DNA from: an uncultured Planctomycetales bacterium
GTDB taxonomy: Bacteria > Omnitrophota > Gorgyraeia > Zapsychrales > JANLHA01
Assembly: GCA_964474085.1 (NCBI GenBank)
Contig: CAYYRJ010000014.1
Span: forward strand, 603 to 64,602
Direction: 5' to 3'
Length of the DNA: 64,000 nucleotides
Under the pieces are notes generated by a model that had not been told where the DNA came from, ran no database searches, and was given only the letters and a program-made list of their open reading frames with translations. How positions within the stretch are numbered: the first letter of the stretch is position 1; each line of letters opens with the position of its first letter. Positions 33,001 to 33,019 of the stretch are shown one piece after another. The position numbers were made by a program, and so were the translations under genes.

Positions 33001-33016
33001 TGTGAAACTAGGATAA
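11..33016 (+). CDS. Giant multidomain protein (>=11,001 aa; ORF open at 5' window edge, may extend upstream). Order: N-terminal helical region, tandem ~171-aa repeat, HAD phosphatase, GDE_C amylo-1,6-glucosidase, GH77 4-alpha-glucanotransferase, GlgA-like glycogen synthase, GH13-like alpha-amylase, unknown regions, SAM methyltransferase, radical SAM, HD-GYP, YvcK/CofD-like, HExxH, 6-phosphogluconolactonase-like, RelA/SpoT-like synthetase, ACT
   Basis: Single frame with no stop for 33,006 nt in a low-GC sequence. Antisense and off-frame ORFs inside are all under 160 aa. Stop TAA at 33014-33016. Domain motifs read from the translation are listed in the sub-features below. Confidence 0.8.
   Translation: [11001 protein letters not shown]
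1760..2790 (+). repeat. Tandem in-frame duplication, two ~513-nt (171-aa) units (approx 1760-2272 and 2273-2790) inside the giant ORF
   Basis: Peptides ...[33 protein letters not shown]...[24 protein letters not shown]... and ...[12 protein letters not shown]...[13 protein letters not shown]...[24 protein letters not shown]... Near-identical nucleotide stretches, e.g. agtcagcagagtattgttgc(c/g)gcagaggt(t/c)tacagcatgaaggtggc(c/a)gagggattggtgtattactttatcg. Confidence 0.8.
3010..3600 (+). other. HAD-superfamily phosphatase domain (subfamily IA, beta-phosphoglucomutase/phosphatase-like)
   Basis: Motif I LDLDGTL, motif II LLTNNT, motif III KPSP, motif IV GDSHDMD in ...[11 protein letters not shown]...[10 protein letters not shown]...[11 protein letters not shown]...[10 protein letters not shown]... 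Confidence 0.6.
4150..5520 (+). other. Amylo-alpha-1,6-glucosidase (glycogen debranching enzyme C-terminal, GDE_C-like) domain
   Basis: ...[20 protein letters not shown]...[17 protein letters not shown]...[14 protein letters not shown]...[13 protein letters not shown]. YHNG-x-xWxW is the hallmark of the GDE_C alpha/alpha barrel. Confidence 0.6.
5960..7620 (+). other. GH77 4-alpha-glucanotransferase (amylomaltase/MalQ-like) domain
   Basis: ...[28 protein letters not shown]... resembles the GH77 GxxxxSPYxxxSxFAxNPLLI signature. Also WRLDAFHFY, and ...[14 protein letters not shown]... like the amylomaltase C-terminus. Confidence 0.6.
7700..9390 (+). other. Glycogen/starch synthase (GlgA, GT5) domain
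   Basis: N-terminus [40 protein letters not shown] matches the GlgA KILFVxSEVAPFAKTGGLADV signature. Also [32 protein letters not shown] and [33 protein letters not shown]. Confidence 0.75.
9400..11000 (+). other. GH13-like alpha-amylase-family catalytic domain plus C-terminal beta domain
   Basis: [11 protein letters not shown]...[11 protein letters not shown] (region I, DxVxNH), [10 protein letters not shown] (region II-like), [10 protein letters not shown] (region III-like), FTQNHDELP (region IV, xNHD). Confidence 0.45.
12230..12900 (+). repeat. Diverged internal repeat module B, copy 1 (~220 aa, unknown function)
   Basis: [17 protein letters not shown]...[30 protein letters not shown]...[12 protein letters not shown]...[23 protein letters not shown]...[14 protein letters not shown], paralogous to 17630-18295. 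Confidence 0.7.
14138..14161 (+). repeat. 24-nt GC-rich motif AGCGCGCCTGTGACCGGCCCGCCG (encodes SAPVTGPP), copy 1 of 3
   Basis: Exact 24/24 nucleotide identity with 18344-18367 and 19196-19219. About 80% GC on a low-GC background. Followed by a Ser-rich stretch. Confidence 0.9.
14780..15250 (+). other. Class I SAM-dependent methyltransferase domain
   Basis: Motif I [11 protein letters not shown], post-I acidic VRYFGVDIQ, later [12 protein letters not shown] (motif II/III-like). Confidence 0.45.
15750..16800 (+). other. Radical SAM domain with an extra C-terminal Cys-rich (SPASM/twitch-like?) segment
   Basis: CxxxCxxC = CPSLCTKC at 15796-15819. Gly-rich SAM motif STGGGEPF. Downstream cysteines CFPCSQP and DCIKDC. 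Confidence 0.55.
17630..18295 (+). repeat. Diverged internal repeat module B, copy 2
   Basis: [17 protein letters not shown]...[31 protein letters not shown]...[12 protein letters not shown]...[23 protein letters not shown]...[14 protein letters not shown]. Immediately followed by 24-nt motif copy 2. Confidence 0.7.
18344..18367 (+). repeat. 24-nt GC-rich motif, copy 2 of 3
   Basis: AGCGCGCCTGTGACCGGCCCGCCG identical to copies 1 and 3. Encodes ...[12 protein letters not shown]... Confidence 0.9.
18480..19050 (+). other. HD-GYP domain (c-di-GMP phosphodiesterase-type metal-dependent phosphohydrolase)
   Basis: [10 protein letters not shown]...ALIHDVGK...[14 protein letters not shown]...[14 protein letters not shown]. 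HD...HD...GYP signature. Confidence 0.7.
19196..19219 (+). repeat. 24-nt GC-rich motif, copy 3 of 3
   Basis: Identical to copies 1 and 2. 27-nt identity with copy 1 (CCAGCGCGCCTGTGACCGGCCCGCCGG). Encodes ...[11 protein letters not shown]... Confidence 0.9.
22430..24000 (+). other. YvcK/CofD-family (UPF0052, gluconeogenesis-factor / 2-phospho-L-lactate-transferase-like) domain
   Basis: [18 protein letters not shown]...[17 protein letters not shown]...[14 protein letters not shown] resembles the family GGGTG...DDGGSSG...PPGDxRN motifs. C-terminal [25 protein letters not shown] resembles the family xGPGSLYTSxxP signature. Confidence 0.55.
25380..26080 (+). other. 6-phosphogluconolactonase / glucosamine-6-P deaminase (NagB/Pgl)-like fold
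   Basis: [19 protein letters not shown]...[19 protein letters not shown]...[11 protein letters not shown] resembles vxLxGGxTP...DlxlLGmGxDGHtASlFP...GxxKa. Catalytic residues not verified. Confidence 0.4.
30100..30760 (+). other. RelA/SpoT-like (p)ppGpp synthetase (nucleotidyltransferase) domain
   Basis: [36 protein letters not shown] resembles the Rel segment PLAHRLGMxxIKxELEDLAFRYLxPxxYxxI. ...[24 protein letters not shown]... and ...[28 protein letters not shown] resemble EIQIRTxxMHxWAExGxAAHWxYK. Confidence 0.4.
31660..31870 (+). other. ACT-like regulatory domain
   Basis: [61 protein letters not shown]. beta-alpha-beta-beta-alpha-beta pattern typical of Rel C-terminal ACT. Confidence 0.35.
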
Positions 33017-33019
33017 TTC

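Noticed and set aside
11-33016. Giant ORF as an NRPS/PKS, RTX adhesin, or Ig/cadherin-repeat surface protein (the usual giant bacterial genes)
   Set aside because: No condensation, adenylation, KS, AT or PCP motifs. No long arrays of near-identical ~100-aa repeats. No GGxGxD calcium-binding nonapeptides. The content is a series of distinct enzyme folds.
11-33016. Giant ORF as an assembly chimera of many separate genes
   Set aside because: An assembly join would not keep 11,001 consecutive codons in one frame with no stop. Chance alone gives about one stop per ~20 codons at this GC. Conserved motifs are in one frame throughout. Physical mis-joins still cannot be excluded without reads, so this is flagged for verification rather than dismissed.
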